64,000 nt of DNA, from the NCBI RefSeq assembly GCF_022846255.1, contig NZ_AP025682.1; one strand, given 5' to 3'. Source of the DNA: Escherichia coli. GTDB taxonomy: Bacteria; Pseudomonadota; Gammaproteobacteria; Enterobacterales; Enterobacteriaceae. The notes beneath the pieces are model-generated. The model was not told where the DNA came from. It ran no database searches and was given only the letters and a program-made list of their open reading frames with translations. The position numbers were made by a program, and so were the translations under genes. Shown in pieces: positions 46,389 to 57,884 of the stretch. Each line of letters starts with the position of its first letter. Positions within the stretch are counted from its first letter, which is position 1.

Positions 46389-47978
46389 TTAATGCTCGCG
46401 GGTCTGGTGGAACTGAACGTCCGGATAACGTTCCTGCGCCAGGCGCAGATTGACCATGCTGGTAGCGATGTAAGCGAGGTTATCGCCGCCATCAAGCGCC
46501 AGTTGGCTTTCGTTCTTACGCTTGAACTCTTCGAATTTCTTCGCGTCCGCACATTCTACCCAGCGGGCGGTGGCAACGTTGACTGACTCATACACTGCTT
46601 CAACGTTGTATTCGCTCTTCAGGCGCGCTACCACCACATCAAACTGCAGCACACCAACCGCGCCAACGATCAGATCGTTGTTGGAGATCGGACGGAACAC
46701 CTGCACCGCCCCCTCTTCGGAAAGCTGTACCAGCCCTTTGAGCAGCTGTTTTTGCTTCAGCGGATCTTTCAGGCGGATACGACGGAACAGTTCTGGCGCG
46801 AAGTTCGGAATACCGGTGAACTTCATCATCTCACCCTGGGTAAAGGTATCGCCGATCTGAATGGTGCCGTGATTGTGCAGGCCGAGGATATCGCCCGGAT
46901 ACGCTTCTTCAACGTGCGAACGGTCGCCTGCCATAAAGGTCAGCGCGTCGGAGATCACTACATCTTTCGCGGTGCGCACCTGGCGCAGCTTCATGCCTTT
47001 TTCATATTTACCGGATACCACGCGCATAAACGCCACGCGGTCGCGATGTTTCGGGTCCATGTTGGCCTGAATTTTAAATACGAAGCCGGTAAATTTATCT
47101 TCGCTCGCTTCTACGGTACGGGTATCGGTCTGACGCGGCATCGGCGCAGGCGCCCACTCCACCAGGCCATCCAGCATATGATCGACGCCGAAGTTACCCA
47201 GCGCAGTACCAAAGAATACCGGGGTGATTTCGCCCGCAAGGAACAGCTCTTTGTCGAACTCATTAGACGCGCCTTTCACCAGCTCCAGTTCGTCACGCAG
47301 CTGCTGTGCCAGATCTTCACCAACCGCAGCGTCGAGATCCGGGTTATTCAGCCCTTTAACAATGCGGACTTCCTGAATGGTGTGGCCTTTACCGCTCTGA
47401 TAGAGATAGGTTTCATCTTTATAAAGGTGGTAAACGCCTTTAAACAGCTTGCCGCAGCCAATCGGCCAGGTGATCGGTGCGCAGCCGATTTTCAGCTCGT
47501 TCTCAACTTCATCGAGCAGTTCCATCGGGTCGCGGATATCACGGTCAAGTTTGTTCATAAAGGTGAGGATCGGCGTATCGCGCAGACGGGTAACTTCCAT
47601 CAGCTTACGGGTACGATCTTCTACACCTTTTGCGGCGTCGATAACCATCAGGCAGCAGTCCACCGCCGTCAGGGTACGATAGGTATCTTCCGAGAAGTCT
47701 TCGTGCCCCGGGGTATCGAGCAAGTTAACCAGGCAGTCGTGATACGGAAACTGCATCACAGACGTAGTGATGGAGATCCCACGCTGCTTTTCCATCTCCA
47801 TCCAGTCCGACTTAGCGTGCTGGTTAGAGCCACGGCCTTTTACTGTACCGGCGGTCTGAATGGCCTGTCCGAACAGCAGCACCTTCTCGGTGATGGTAGT
47901 CTTACCGGCGTCCGGGTGAGAAATAATGGCAAAAGTGCGGCGCTTCGCCACCTCTTGCAAATAAGGAGACAACGTCAT
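46389..47978 (-). CDS. prfC: Peptide chain release factor 3
   Basis: 529 aa starting [28 protein letters not shown] (translational GTPase). Confidence 0.95.
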
Positions 47979-48068
47979 AATTCTTTCTTCTTGAGTAAGC
48001 GGCATCGCGCCGCGCTTGTTGAAAACGAAAAATTGCGGCTATTTTACCCATCAACGGGGGGGAGGCAA

Positions 48069-48746
48069 TCAGTGTTTACACAGGAGCTGCTCCAGTTCGT
48101 GCAACGAAGAAACGGTCCAGGTGGGCGCGATGCCTTCTGGTTGCTCGCGATTGTGCGCATTCAGCCAGCAGGTCGCAAGCCCGGCGTTGATGCCACCGAG
48201 AATATCGGACTCAGCAGTGTCGCCAACCATCAGCACGCGTGAACGGTCAGGATTGCCCGCCTGTTCCAGCGCATAATCGAAAATTTTCTTATTCGGTTTG
48301 GCAACGCCAACTTCTTCGGAAATCACCAGCAAATCGAAGTAATCACGCAGGCCCGTGCGTTCCAGACGTACCTGTTGCAAGGCGCTAAAGCCGTTGGTGA
48401 TGATGCCGATTTTGGCGTTGCCACGAATGGCGTTAAGCAGGGAAACCGCCCCCGGCAACGGCGTACAGATTTCCGCCATCGCATTAATAAAGGCCTCGTT
48501 GAGTTTACCCGGTTCGACGTTCAGCCGTTCGGCCCAGCTCTCAAACCGCCCGTGCTGAAGCTGTAATGAAGTGATCGCGCCGTTTTGATAATCCACCCAC
48601 AGTGGCTTGTTAACGGCCTGATAGTCCTGAAAATCTTCAGCGGTAAAGGTGACGCTGTAATCAAGAAACATCCGCTGCAGGCCGGTGAATGAGTCAAAGG
48701 TAAACAGCGTTTCATCGGCATCAAAGAAAATCCAGTCCCACTTCAT
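48069..48746 (-). CDS. yjjG: Pyrimidine 5'-nucleotidase YjjG (HAD family)
   Basis: 225 aa starting [15 protein letters not shown] (HAD DxD motif). Confidence 0.9.
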   Translation of the reverse strand: MKWDWIFFDADETLFTFDSFTGLQRMFLDYSVTFTAEDFQDYQAVNKPLWVDYQNGAITSLQLQHGRFESWAERLNVEPGKLNEAFINAMAEICTPLPGAVSLLNAIRGNAKIGIITNGFSALQQVRLERTGLRDYFDLLVISEEVGVAKPNKKIFDYALEQAGNPDRSRVLMVGDTAESDILGGINAGLATCWLNAHNREQPEGIAPTWTVSSLHELEQLLCKH

Positions 48747-48760
48747 TATTCCACCTTGTC

Positions 48761-49207
48761 TTACATACTGATTGGTAACGCCATGATGATGGCGTCTTCG
48801 CGACCGTCCGTGGTGGGGTAGTAATTGCGGCGAATCGTCGCCTCGTTAAAGCCTAAACTTTCGTACAGGGCAATGGCGGCAGCATTTGAGGCACGGACTT
48901 CCAGCCATAGCGTCGCCACGCCGCGTTTTTCCAGTTCGTCGATCAGATGTTCCAGCAGCGCCCTTCCCAATCCCTGACGCTGATAGTCAGGATCGACCGC
49001 AATATTGAACAATGTAGCTTCATCCAGCACCACTTGCGTAATCGCAAACGCCGCCATTTTGCCGTTTTGCGTTAACTGAAAGTTGAGATAGCGCTCGCCC
49101 TGGTTGCTGGCAAAGGTTTTTTCACTCCACGGAAAGGTGTGGGCGCGTTGTTCAATGTGGAAAGCAGCTGGTAAATCAGTCGTTTCGAGGGAAGAAATCG
49201 TGTTCAT
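48761..49207 (-). CDS. rimI: Ribosomal protein S18 alanine N-acetyltransferase RimI
   Basis: 148 aa GNAT-family protein. Confidence 0.9.
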   Translation of the reverse strand: MNTISSLETTDLPAAFHIEQRAHTFPWSEKTFASNQGERYLNFQLTQNGKMAAFAITQVVLDEATLFNIAVDPDYQRQGLGRALLEHLIDELEKRGVATLWLEVRASNAAAIALYESLGFNEATIRRNYYPTTDGREDAIIMALPISM

Positions 49208-49589
49208 ATGTGCAAATTTGTTGCCATAACGCGGCGCGTGCCGTTGGGTTTGCCCGTAATTCGGTGAGCGCCGGTGATGCCACCTGAGCGCCTTCCAGTG
49301 ATAGCGGTTCGTCAGTACCCAACCGCCAGCTGTTGCAGCGGCTGCCTTGCGGCAGCATCGCGATTTTTTCTGGCGTCAGTTGCAGCACTTGATCGGGGCT
49401 GACGGTTAACGCGCGCAGAACATCGCTCACTATAGGATCGGTCAGGGCGGGAAGATCGTTTGCCACCATCACCAGACGGACGTGTGCCGGGATCGCAATG
49501 GCAATCTCCCCCTGCAACGCGCCAGGGCGACGCAGCGACCACTGGGTAATGCCCAGTTGCTGTAACTGCCAGTCTCGTCGGGATGTCAT
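49176..49589 (-). CDS. holD: DNA polymerase III psi subunit HolD
   Basis: 137 aa starting MTSRRDWQLQQLGITQWSLRRP; 3' end overlaps the rimI start. Confidence 0.9.
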   Translation of the reverse strand: MTSRRDWQLQQLGITQWSLRRPGALQGEIAIAIPAHVRLVMVANDLPALTDPIVSDVLRALTVSPDQVLQLTPEKIAMLPQGSRCNSWRLGTDEPLSLEGAQVASPALTELRANPTARAALWQQICTYEHDFFPRND

Positions 49590-49691
49590 AGCGAATCGCT
49601 CCTGTTGTCAGGGGCGCAAATATAGCAAATTCGTCGATACCGCGCCAACATATGGCTATAATCGCCGCCAGTATTAATTGAGGAGCATTCC

Positions 49692-50723
49692 ATGTCTGCA
49701 TTTACCCCGGCAAGTGAAGTCTTGCTGCGTCACAGTGATGATTTCGAACAAAGCCGTATTCTTTTTGCCGGAGACTTACAGGATGACCTGCCCGCGCGTT
49801 TAGATACCGCGGCCAGCCGTGCTCATACCCAGCAATTCCACCACTGGCAGGTGTTAAGCCGCCAGATGGGGGATAACGCCCGTTTTAGTCTGGTCGCCAC
49901 GGCGGATGATGTCGCAGATTGCGATACGCTGATTTACTACTGGCCGAAGAACAAACCGGAAGCCCAGTTCCAGTTGATGAATTTACTTTCTCTGCTGCCA
50001 GTGGGCACGGATATTTTTGTCGTTGGCGAGAACCGCAGCGGCGTGCGCAGCGCCGAGCAGATGCTGTCAGATTATGCGCCGTTGAATAAAATGGACAGCG
50101 CTCGTCGCTGTGGCCTCTATTTTGGTCGTCTGGAAAAACAGCCAGTATTTGATGCCGATAAATTCTGGGGCGAATACAGCGTCGATGGCCTGACGGTCAA
50201 AACGCTGCCTGGCGTGTTTAGCCGCGACGGTCTGGATGTCGGTAGCCAGTTGCTGCTCTCGACGTTAACCCCGCACACGAAAGGTAAAGTGCTGGATGTC
50301 GGCTGTGGCGCGGGCGTACTTTCGGTTGCCTTTGCGCGCCATTCGCCGAAAATTCGTCTCACTCTGTGCGATGTCTCTGCACCTGCGGTAGAAGCCAGCC
50401 GCGCAACACTTGCGGCCAACGGTGTTGAAGGTGAAGTCTTTGCCAGTAACGTCTTTTCCGAGGTGAAAGGTCGCTTTGATATGATAATCTCCAACCCGCC
50501 GTTCCACGATGGGATGCAAACCAGCCTGGATGCCGCGCAAACGCTGATTCGCGGCGCGGTGCGTCATCTGAACAGCGGCGGCGAGTTGCGAATTGTAGCG
50601 AACGCCTTCCTGCCTTACCCGGACGTGCTGGATGAGACATTTGGTTTCCACGAAGTGATTGCGCAAACCGGGCGCTTCAAGGTGTATCGCGCCATTATGA
50701 CCCGCCAGGCGAAGAAAGGTTGA
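49692..50723 (+). CDS. rsmC: 16S rRNA (guanine1207-N2)-methyltransferase RsmC
   Basis: 343 aa with SAM-binding motif [12 protein letters not shown] and NPPFH. Confidence 0.95.
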   Translation: MSAFTPASEVLLRHSDDFEQSRILFAGDLQDDLPARLDTAASRAHTQQFHHWQVLSRQMGDNARFSLVATADDVADCDTLIYYWPKNKPEAQFQLMNLLSLLPVGTDIFVVGENRSGVRSAEQMLSDYAPLNKMDSARRCGLYFGRLEKQPVFDADKFWGEYSVDGLTVKTLPGVFSRDGLDVGSQLLLSTLTPHTKGKVLDVGCGAGVLSVAFARHSPKIRLTLCDVSAPAVEASRATLAANGVEGEVFASNVFSEVKGRFDMIISNPPFHDGMQTSLDAAQTLIRGAVRHLNSGGELRIVANAFLPYPDVLDETFGFHEVIAQTGRFKVYRAIMTRQAKKG

Positions 50724-50739
50724 GTATCTGATATATATC

Positions 50740-50780
50740 GCCGCATACCGTGTCGGATGCGGCGTACACGCCTTATCTGA
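50740..50780. repeat. REP element downstream of rsmC
   Basis: gccgcataccgtgtcggatgcggcgtacacgccttatctgacc carries the GGATGCGGCGT...ACGCCTTATC REP signature. Confidence 0.6.
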
Positions 50781-50922
50781 CCGACAAACGAATTATCCAC
50801 AATCCGCTGATGGACATTTTTCCAGCAATTACACTGCTGTCGATAATTAACTATTGACGAAAAGCTGAAAACCACTAGAATGCGCCTCCGTGGTAGCAAT
50901 TCTTTTTAAGAATTGATGGTAT

Positions 50923-51009
50923 GCGAAGGTGGCGGAATTGGTAGACGCGCTAGCTTCAGGTGTTAGTGTCCTTACGGACGTGGGGGTTCAAGTCCCCCCC
51001 CTCGCACCA
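50923..51009 (+). tRNA. leuQ: tRNA-Leu (anticodon CAG), copy 1
   Basis: 87-nt sequence GCGAAGGTGGCGGAATTGGTAGACGCGCTAGCTTCAGGTGTTAGTGTCCTTACGGACGTGGGGGTTCAAGTCCCCCCCCTCGCACCA with long variable arm and encoded CCA. Confidence 0.95.
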
Positions 51010-51037
51010 AAAACCACGTTGATATTGCTCGCACTGG

Positions 51038-51124
51038 GCGAAGGTGGCGGAATTGGTAGACGCGCTAGCTTCAGGTGTTAGTGTTCTTACGGACGTGGGG
51101 GTTCAAGTCCCCCCCCTCGCACCA
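51038..51124 (+). tRNA. leuP: tRNA-Leu (anticodon CAG), copy 2, with one substitution in the variable arm
   Basis: Identical to copies 1 and 3 except T instead of C at window position 51085 (GTGTTCTTAC versus GTGTCCTTAC). Confidence 0.95.
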
Positions 51125-51158
51125 AACGAGGCGATATCAAAAAAAGTAAGATGACTGT

Positions 51159-51245
51159 GCGAAGGTGGCGGAATTGGTAGACGCGCTAGCTTCAGGTGTT
51201 AGTGTCCTTACGGACGTGGGGGTTCAAGTCCCCCCCCTCGCACCA
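51159..51245 (+). tRNA. leuV: tRNA-Leu (anticodon CAG), copy 3
   Basis: 87 nt, identical to copy 1. Confidence 0.95.
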
Positions 51246-51283
51246 ATTATCTTTACTTCTTTTCTTGTCTCTTCACTGTTTTA

Positions 51284-51520
51284 TCACCCCTGATTCAAAT
51301 TCATTATCATCAGCATGATGCCAGCAATAAGCGCCAGGCACGATGGTAGCAAAACGTAATGCCGTAAATGTTTGTGATACAACATCACCGGCGTCAATAC
51401 CAATCCCATCAGAATGACAATCCGCCATTGATCCGGCGATAAATCCGCATACATCAGCCCTGCAATCAGCAATCCCGGCAGCAACACTCCCCAGCCACTG
51501 CCCAGCGTACGTTGCAACAT
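51284..51520 (-). CDS. yjjZ: Small membrane protein YjjZ (78 aa)
   Basis: MLQRTLGSGWGVLLPGLLIAGLMYADLSPDQWRIVILMGLVLTPVMLYHKHLRHYVLLPSCLALIAGIMLMIMNLNQG; ORF-track start trimmed to the internal Met. Confidence 0.7.
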   Translation of the reverse strand: MLQRTLGSGWGVLLPGLLIAGLMYADLSPDQWRIVILMGLVLTPVMLYHKHLRHYVLLPSCLALIAGIMLMIMNLNQG

Positions 51521-51535
51521 GGTTTCATCTCTTTC

Positions 51536-51581
51536 ATTGATAATGATAACTAATATCATATGATAATTTTTATCATTTGCA
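51536..51581. promoter_or_regulatory. Fur-box region in the divergent yjjZ/fhuF promoter
   Basis: attgataatgataactaatatcatatgataatttttatcatttgc contains overlapping GATAATGATAAC-like hexamer repeats matching the Fur consensus GATAATGATAATCATTATC. Confidence 0.6.
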
Positions 51582-51660
51582 AGCCAGAGAAATCCCTTGC
51601 TATCGGGTAAACCTATCGATAGGATTAGCAATAATTATCATTTAGATTACTATCACGATT

Positions 51661-52449
51661 ATGGCCTATCGTTCCGCACCGCTCTATGAAGATGTTATCT
51701 GGCGAACGCATCTCCAGCCGCAGGATGCTGGGCTTGCACAAGCCGTGCGGGCGACGATCGCCGAACATCGTGAACATTTGCTGGAGTTTATCCGCCTGGA
51801 TGAACCCGCCCCACTTAACGCCATGACGCTGGCGCAATGGTCATCAACTAATGCGCTAAGTTCTCTACTCGCAGTCTATTCCGATCATATCTACCGCAAC
51901 CAACCTTTGATGATCCGCGAAAACAAACCGCTGATCTCACTGTGGGCGCAATGGTATATCGGCCTGATGGTACCACCATTAATGCTGGCGCTGCTGACTC
52001 AGGAAAAAGCATTAGATGTGTCGCCGGAACATGTCCACGTTGAGTTTCACGAAACCGGACGCGCCGCCTGTTTCTGGGTCGATGTGTGTGAAGATAAAAA
52101 CGCAACACTACATTCGCCGCAGCAGCGAATGGAAACGTTAATCAGCCAGGCGCTGGTTCCGGTTGTGCAGGCACTAGAAGCAACGGGAGAGATTAACGGC
52201 AAACTTATCTGGAGCAATACCGGTTATTTGATCAACTGGTATCTGACTGAGATGAAACAGCTGCTCGGCGAGGCGACGGTTGAATCGCTGCGCTATGCCC
52301 TCTTTTTTGAGAAAACGCTTACTACCGGTGAAGATAATCCACTCTGGCGTACCGTGGTGCTACGCGACGGCCTGCTGGTGCGCCGCACTTGCTGCCAGCG
52401 TTATCGCTTACCGGATGTGCAGCAATGTGGCGATTGTACGCTGAAATGA
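51661..52449 (+). CDS. fhuF: Ferric-siderophore reductase FhuF (2Fe-2S)
   Basis: 262 aa ending with the cysteine cluster CCQRYRLPDVQQCGDC. Confidence 0.9.
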   Translation: MAYRSAPLYEDVIWRTHLQPQDAGLAQAVRATIAEHREHLLEFIRLDEPAPLNAMTLAQWSSTNALSSLLAVYSDHIYRNQPLMIRENKPLISLWAQWYIGLMVPPLMLALLTQEKALDVSPEHVHVEFHETGRAACFWVDVCEDKNATLHSPQQRMETLISQALVPVVQALEATGEINGKLIWSNTGYLINWYLTEMKQLLGEATVESLRYALFFEKTLTTGEDNPLWRTVVLRDGLLVRRTCCQRYRLPDVQQCGDCTLK

Positions 52450-52486
52450 AAGCACTGCCGGGGAAGTAAACCCGGCATCATGCGGA

Positions 52487-53164
52487 TTAATAAGGATGCA
52501 ACACATTACTTGTTTCGCAATGCCGCATACATAACAGAATATCTGCGGCCTCCAACAACCCTGCATCAGAACTGACGCCCAGTTTCGACATCACATTAAA
52601 TTTATGTGCACGGATCGTTTTGATATTGCGTTTAAGCTGCTCGGCAATTTGTGTCATTGAGTAGCCACGCGACATAAAGCGCAATATTTCTCTCTCCGTC
52701 GGGCTTAACGTCCGGCTTTGGTTAATGTACCACTGATTGTTCAGTCGATCGGTCGCCTGACGTACACCATTTAATGACAAAAAGAGTTCCTGATGAAAAA
52801 TCTCCAGCGTTGACGCTTTACTTAATACACCGTCCAGCGGTGATGGCGATAATGAACCAATCAGCCGAGCTTCAATATCATCATCCGCAATAACTAAACG
52901 CCGGGTACGCGGAAACTTAATCGCCAGTTCAGTCAGGCAGGATAATCCCTCTCTGCGCGCACTTCTCATGGCAGAAAAAGAAAAAATGACCGCTGCAAAC
53001 GAGATCCGCGACATGGCATCCTGAAATGACTCCTGACTGGTATAGGTATGGAGCTTATAAGGGTTACCCGCAAACTTTCTGAATAAACTCTCAATACCGA
53101 TACTACTCATGACGCATTTTTCTATGAGTGCGACATTTCTCTTCTTAATTCGGCTGTGTTCCAT
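52487..53164 (-). CDS. bglJ: LuxR-family transcriptional activator BglJ
   Basis: 225 aa with C-terminal LuxR-type HTH; overlaps the yjjQ 3' end. Confidence 0.9.
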   Translation of the reverse strand: MEHSRIKKRNVALIEKCVMSSIGIESLFRKFAGNPYKLHTYTSQESFQDAMSRISFAAVIFSFSAMRSARREGLSCLTELAIKFPRTRRLVIADDDIEARLIGSLSPSPLDGVLSKASTLEIFHQELFLSLNGVRQATDRLNNQWYINQSRTLSPTEREILRFMSRGYSMTQIAEQLKRNIKTIRAHKFNVMSKLGVSSDAGLLEAADILLCMRHCETSNVLHPY

Positions 53165-53847
53165 TCTGCGGCATCTCCATAAACAGAAGGCAAGTTAAGT
53201 TCTCTTGCACCCTGCGCGCTATTTATCCATGCATACATTTCAGCGTTGCTGTGAATTGCCAGTCGACGCATCGCACTGTTTTTTTGGGCGCTGATAGTTT
53301 TATTACTTTTCTTAAGCAATGAAGCTATCTGGTTGATGCCCCATCCTTTACCTAATAGCCGCAGTACCTTGCGCTCTGAAAGAGTGAGAATGACGGAGCG
53401 ATAGCTAAAATCATGAGTTTCAGTCATTGCCGGAGAGGTCAGCATGGCGCTGATACGCTCTGAGTGCGTATTGCCGGAACGTACGGTCTTGACCAGATTC
53501 TCAATGGGTTCAACATCAGACAATAACGTCGCCGTAGGGCACATGAGCAATTCTACTGCCTGGGAATACCAGGAGCGTGACACCATGAAAACCCAGTGAA
53601 TTTCCCGATATTGTGAGATTAAAGAGTAATAATGCTCACAAACGGAACGTGGATCTTCACTTTCACCGGCCAAATCAGCAATGACTAATCCGGAACGACG
53701 TAATTGTAATAAGGTAAGGTCCTCCGCAGAGGCGCTGGATATTATTTCATATTCAGGGAAGTGAGTCCTCATGACCTCTTTTAACCCTGCTTGCATAACA
53801 GGTATTTTACTGATAACAATTCCATTTTTGCAGCATCCTGGCAACAT
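53122..53847 (-). CDS. yjjQ: LuxR-family transcriptional regulator YjjQ
   Basis: 241 aa with C-terminal LuxR-type HTH ([34 protein letters not shown]). Confidence 0.9.
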   Translation of the reverse strand: MLPGCCKNGIVISKIPVMQAGLKEVMRTHFPEYEIISSASAEDLTLLQLRRSGLVIADLAGESEDPRSVCEHYYSLISQYREIHWVFMVSRSWYSQAVELLMCPTATLLSDVEPIENLVKTVRSGNTHSERISAMLTSPAMTETHDFSYRSVILTLSERKVLRLLGKGWGINQIASLLKKSNKTISAQKNSAMRRLAIHSNAEMYAWINSAQGARELNLPSVYGDAAEWNTAELRREMSHS

Positions 53848-54466
53848 ATTTCCTCCACATCCACTGTCTAAAAATCATGATGGTTTATTCAAGGTATTCA
53901 TTCCTTAAATATTTCCAGCAAATTAATAGATTAAGCGAATAAATTATCCTTAGCATTCACTTTCATATCAGCATACTCCTGCTGCACAACAACTCCACTG
54001 CATGTGTCAGAAGGTTAGCATCAAATGATAACCTGGTGAAATAGCCTGGAGACATTTAAAATATCTACATTAAGTTGTTAGAAATACTTAATGAAAAACA
54101 GAAATCTCATTCATTTAATTTATAATTAAATGATATCTCTTCCCGCAGAGTGCGGGAATCACACAATCAATATTTATTCAATAAAATCTGATGGTTTTAA
54201 CTTGTTAACATTAAAAAACGCGCCCAGCTATCTATTATCCTGACTCGTAAAGGCCAAATAACAAATTCATTATAGTGATAATATTCATGCGATAGTTTGT
54301 TTACGGCGAGAGATAATTCGCTTTTTATCACCGAGCATCTCCCGATAACCAGGATTAATCAGCGCAATTTTGATCTTAACCTACCGCAAAACAACCGTGC
54401 TTCATGATACAAATGGATTCTCATTATCTGAACAATACGCAGCACGTCTATGACAAAGGGCGAGTT

Positions 54467-55701
<1,235 letters not shown>

Positions 55702-55808
55702 AATTGCCTCGCTTAAAGCACACGGATGAGAGACAGCCTCCTTTCCTCCGTGTGTTACTATAAAAGTTATCTCCCTTCTCGTTCATCGTTCCATATTTGA
55801 GAAACAGT

Positions 55809-56348
55809 ATGTCTTCCAGAGTTTTGACCCCGGACGTCGTTGGTATTGACGCCCTGGTACACGATCACCAAACCGTTCTGGCAAAAGCTGAAGGCGGTGT
55901 GGTTGCCGTATTTGCTAACAATGCCCCGGCGTTTTATGCCGTCACGCCTGCACGCCTGGCTGAACTGCTGGCGCTGGAAGAAAAGCTGGCGCGTCCGGGA
56001 AGCGATGTCGCTCTGGACGATCAACTCTATCAGGAACCGCAAGCCGCTCCCGTTGCTGTACCCATGGGGAAATTCGCCATGTATCCGGACTGGCAACCCG
56101 ATGCCGACTTTATCCGCCTGGCGGCGCTATGGGGCGTGGCGCTAAGAGAGCCGGTGACCACCGAAGAACTGGCCTCATTCATTGCCTACTGGCAGGCGGA
56201 AGGTAAAGTCTTTCACCATGTGCAGTGGCAACAAAAACTGGCGCGCAGCCTGCAAATCGGCCGTGCCAGCAACGGCGGACTGCCGAAACGAGATGTGAAT
56301 ACGGTCAGTGAACCTGACAGCCAAATTCCACCAGGATTCAGAGGGTAA
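55809..56348 (+). CDS. dnaT: Primosomal protein DnaT
   Basis: 179 aa starting [21 protein letters not shown]. Confidence 0.9.
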
Positions 56349-56350
56349 CG

Positions 56351-57088
56351 ATGAAAAACGTTGGCGACCTGATGCAACGCCTGCAAAAAATGATGCCTGC
56401 CCATATCAAACCTGCGTTCAAAACGGGTGAAGAACTACTGGCCTGGCAGAAAGAACAAGGAGCGATCCGCTCCGCCGCTCTCGAACGTGAAAATCGGGCG
56501 ATGAAAATGCAGCGCACCTTTAACCGCTCCGGTATTCGTCCACTGCATCAGAACTGCTCCTTTGAGAACTATCGCGTTGAGTGTGAAGGGCAGATGAATG
56601 CGTTAAGCAAAGCGCGCCAGTATGTCGAAGAGTTTGACGGCAACATCGCCAGCTTCATCTTTTCTGGCAAGCCCGGAACCGGCAAAAACCATCTGGCGGC
56701 GGCAATCTGCAACGAGCTGCTGCTACGCGGTAAATCCGTATTGATCATCACCGTGGCCGATATTATGTCGGCGATGAAAGATACCTTCAGGAATAGCGGT
56801 ACCAGCGAAGAACAACTGCTTAACGATCTGAGCAACGTTGATCTGCTGGTGATCGATGAGATCGGCGTGCAGACCGAATCGAAATACGAAAAAGTGATCA
56901 TCAACCAGATCGTCGATCGCCGCTCTTCTTCCAAACGCCCAACCGGGATGCTGACCAACAGTAATATGGAAGAGATGACCAAGTTGCTGGGCGAACGCGT
57001 GATGGACCGTATGCGCCTGGGTAACAGTTTGTGGGTGATCTTCAACTGGGATAGCTACCGTAGCCGGGTAACGGGTAAAGAGTATTAA
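56351..57088 (+). CDS. dnaC: DNA replication helicase loader DnaC
   Basis: 245 aa with Walker A GKPGTGKNHLA; begins 3 nt after dnaT. Confidence 0.95.
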   Translation: MKNVGDLMQRLQKMMPAHIKPAFKTGEELLAWQKEQGAIRSAALERENRAMKMQRTFNRSGIRPLHQNCSFENYRVECEGQMNALSKARQYVEEFDGNIASFIFSGKPGTGKNHLAAAICNELLLRGKSVLIITVADIMSAMKDTFRNSGTSEEQLLNDLSNVDLLVIDEIGVQTESKYEKVIINQIVDRRSSSKRPTGMLTNSNMEEMTKLLGERVMDRMRLGNSLWVIFNWDSYRSRVTGKEY

Positions 57089-57136
57089 TCCCCGTTTCTG
57101 GCGGTATACTGCGACACAATTCCACCTTGAGTAATG

Positions 57137-57631
57137 ATGATGAAAACTGTTAAACATCTTCTGTGCTGTGCCATTGCCGCCAGCGCATTAATTTCCACCG
57201 GGGTGCATGCTGCGTCCTGGAAAGATGCGCTCTCCAGCGCCGCCAGCGAACTTGGCAACCAAAACAGCACGACACAGGAAGGCGGTTGGTCGCTCGCTTC
57301 ATTAACTAGCTTGCTTAGCAGCGGGAACCAGGCCTTAAGCGCAGATAACATGAACAATGCCGCAGGCATACTGCAATACTGCGCGAAGCAGAAGTTGGCT
57401 TCGGTAACCGATGCCGAAAACATCAAGAATCAGGTACTGGAAAAACTGGGCCTGAACAGTGAAGAGCAAAAAGAAGACACCAACTATCTGGATGGCATTC
57501 AGGGTTTGCTGAAAACCAAAGATGGTCAGCAACTCAATCTGGATAATATTGGAACGACTCCGCTGGCAGAAAAGGTGAAAACCAAAGCCTGCGATCTGGT
57601 GTTAAAGCAGGGGCTGAACTTCATTTCCTGA
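57137..57631 (+). CDS. yjjA: Secreted protein YjjA (unknown function)
   Basis: About 164 aa with signal peptide MMKTVKHLLCCAIAASALISTGVHA; three tandem ATG codons make the exact start ambiguous. Confidence 0.8.
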   Translation: MMKTVKHLLCCAIAASALISTGVHAASWKDALSSAASELGNQNSTTQEGGWSLASLTSLLSSGNQALSADNMNNAAGILQYCAKQKLASVTDAENIKNQVLEKLGLNSEEQKEDTNYLDGIQGLLKTKDGQQLNLDNIGTTPLAEKVKTKACDLVLKQGLNFIS

Positions 57632-57884
57632 ACCGCGAAACGCCGCGTTTTAGCTGTTACCCGGCTGACGCGGCTCTCTCCTGCCCTTTTCCCTGCTCCT
57701 GGACGGTTTTACCCCTGTTACACGGGAAGCGACCGTAATCAAAAAAGTCTGTTTATAAACTAATTCCTAACAACATCGCATTTTTTTGACACTAGAATTG
57801 CAGCAATATGGCGACGCCATTACATTGTGCTTTTCAAAAAGCTTAAACGTTGGCTAAACGGCCCGGTTTAGTGAGGATCGCCCG

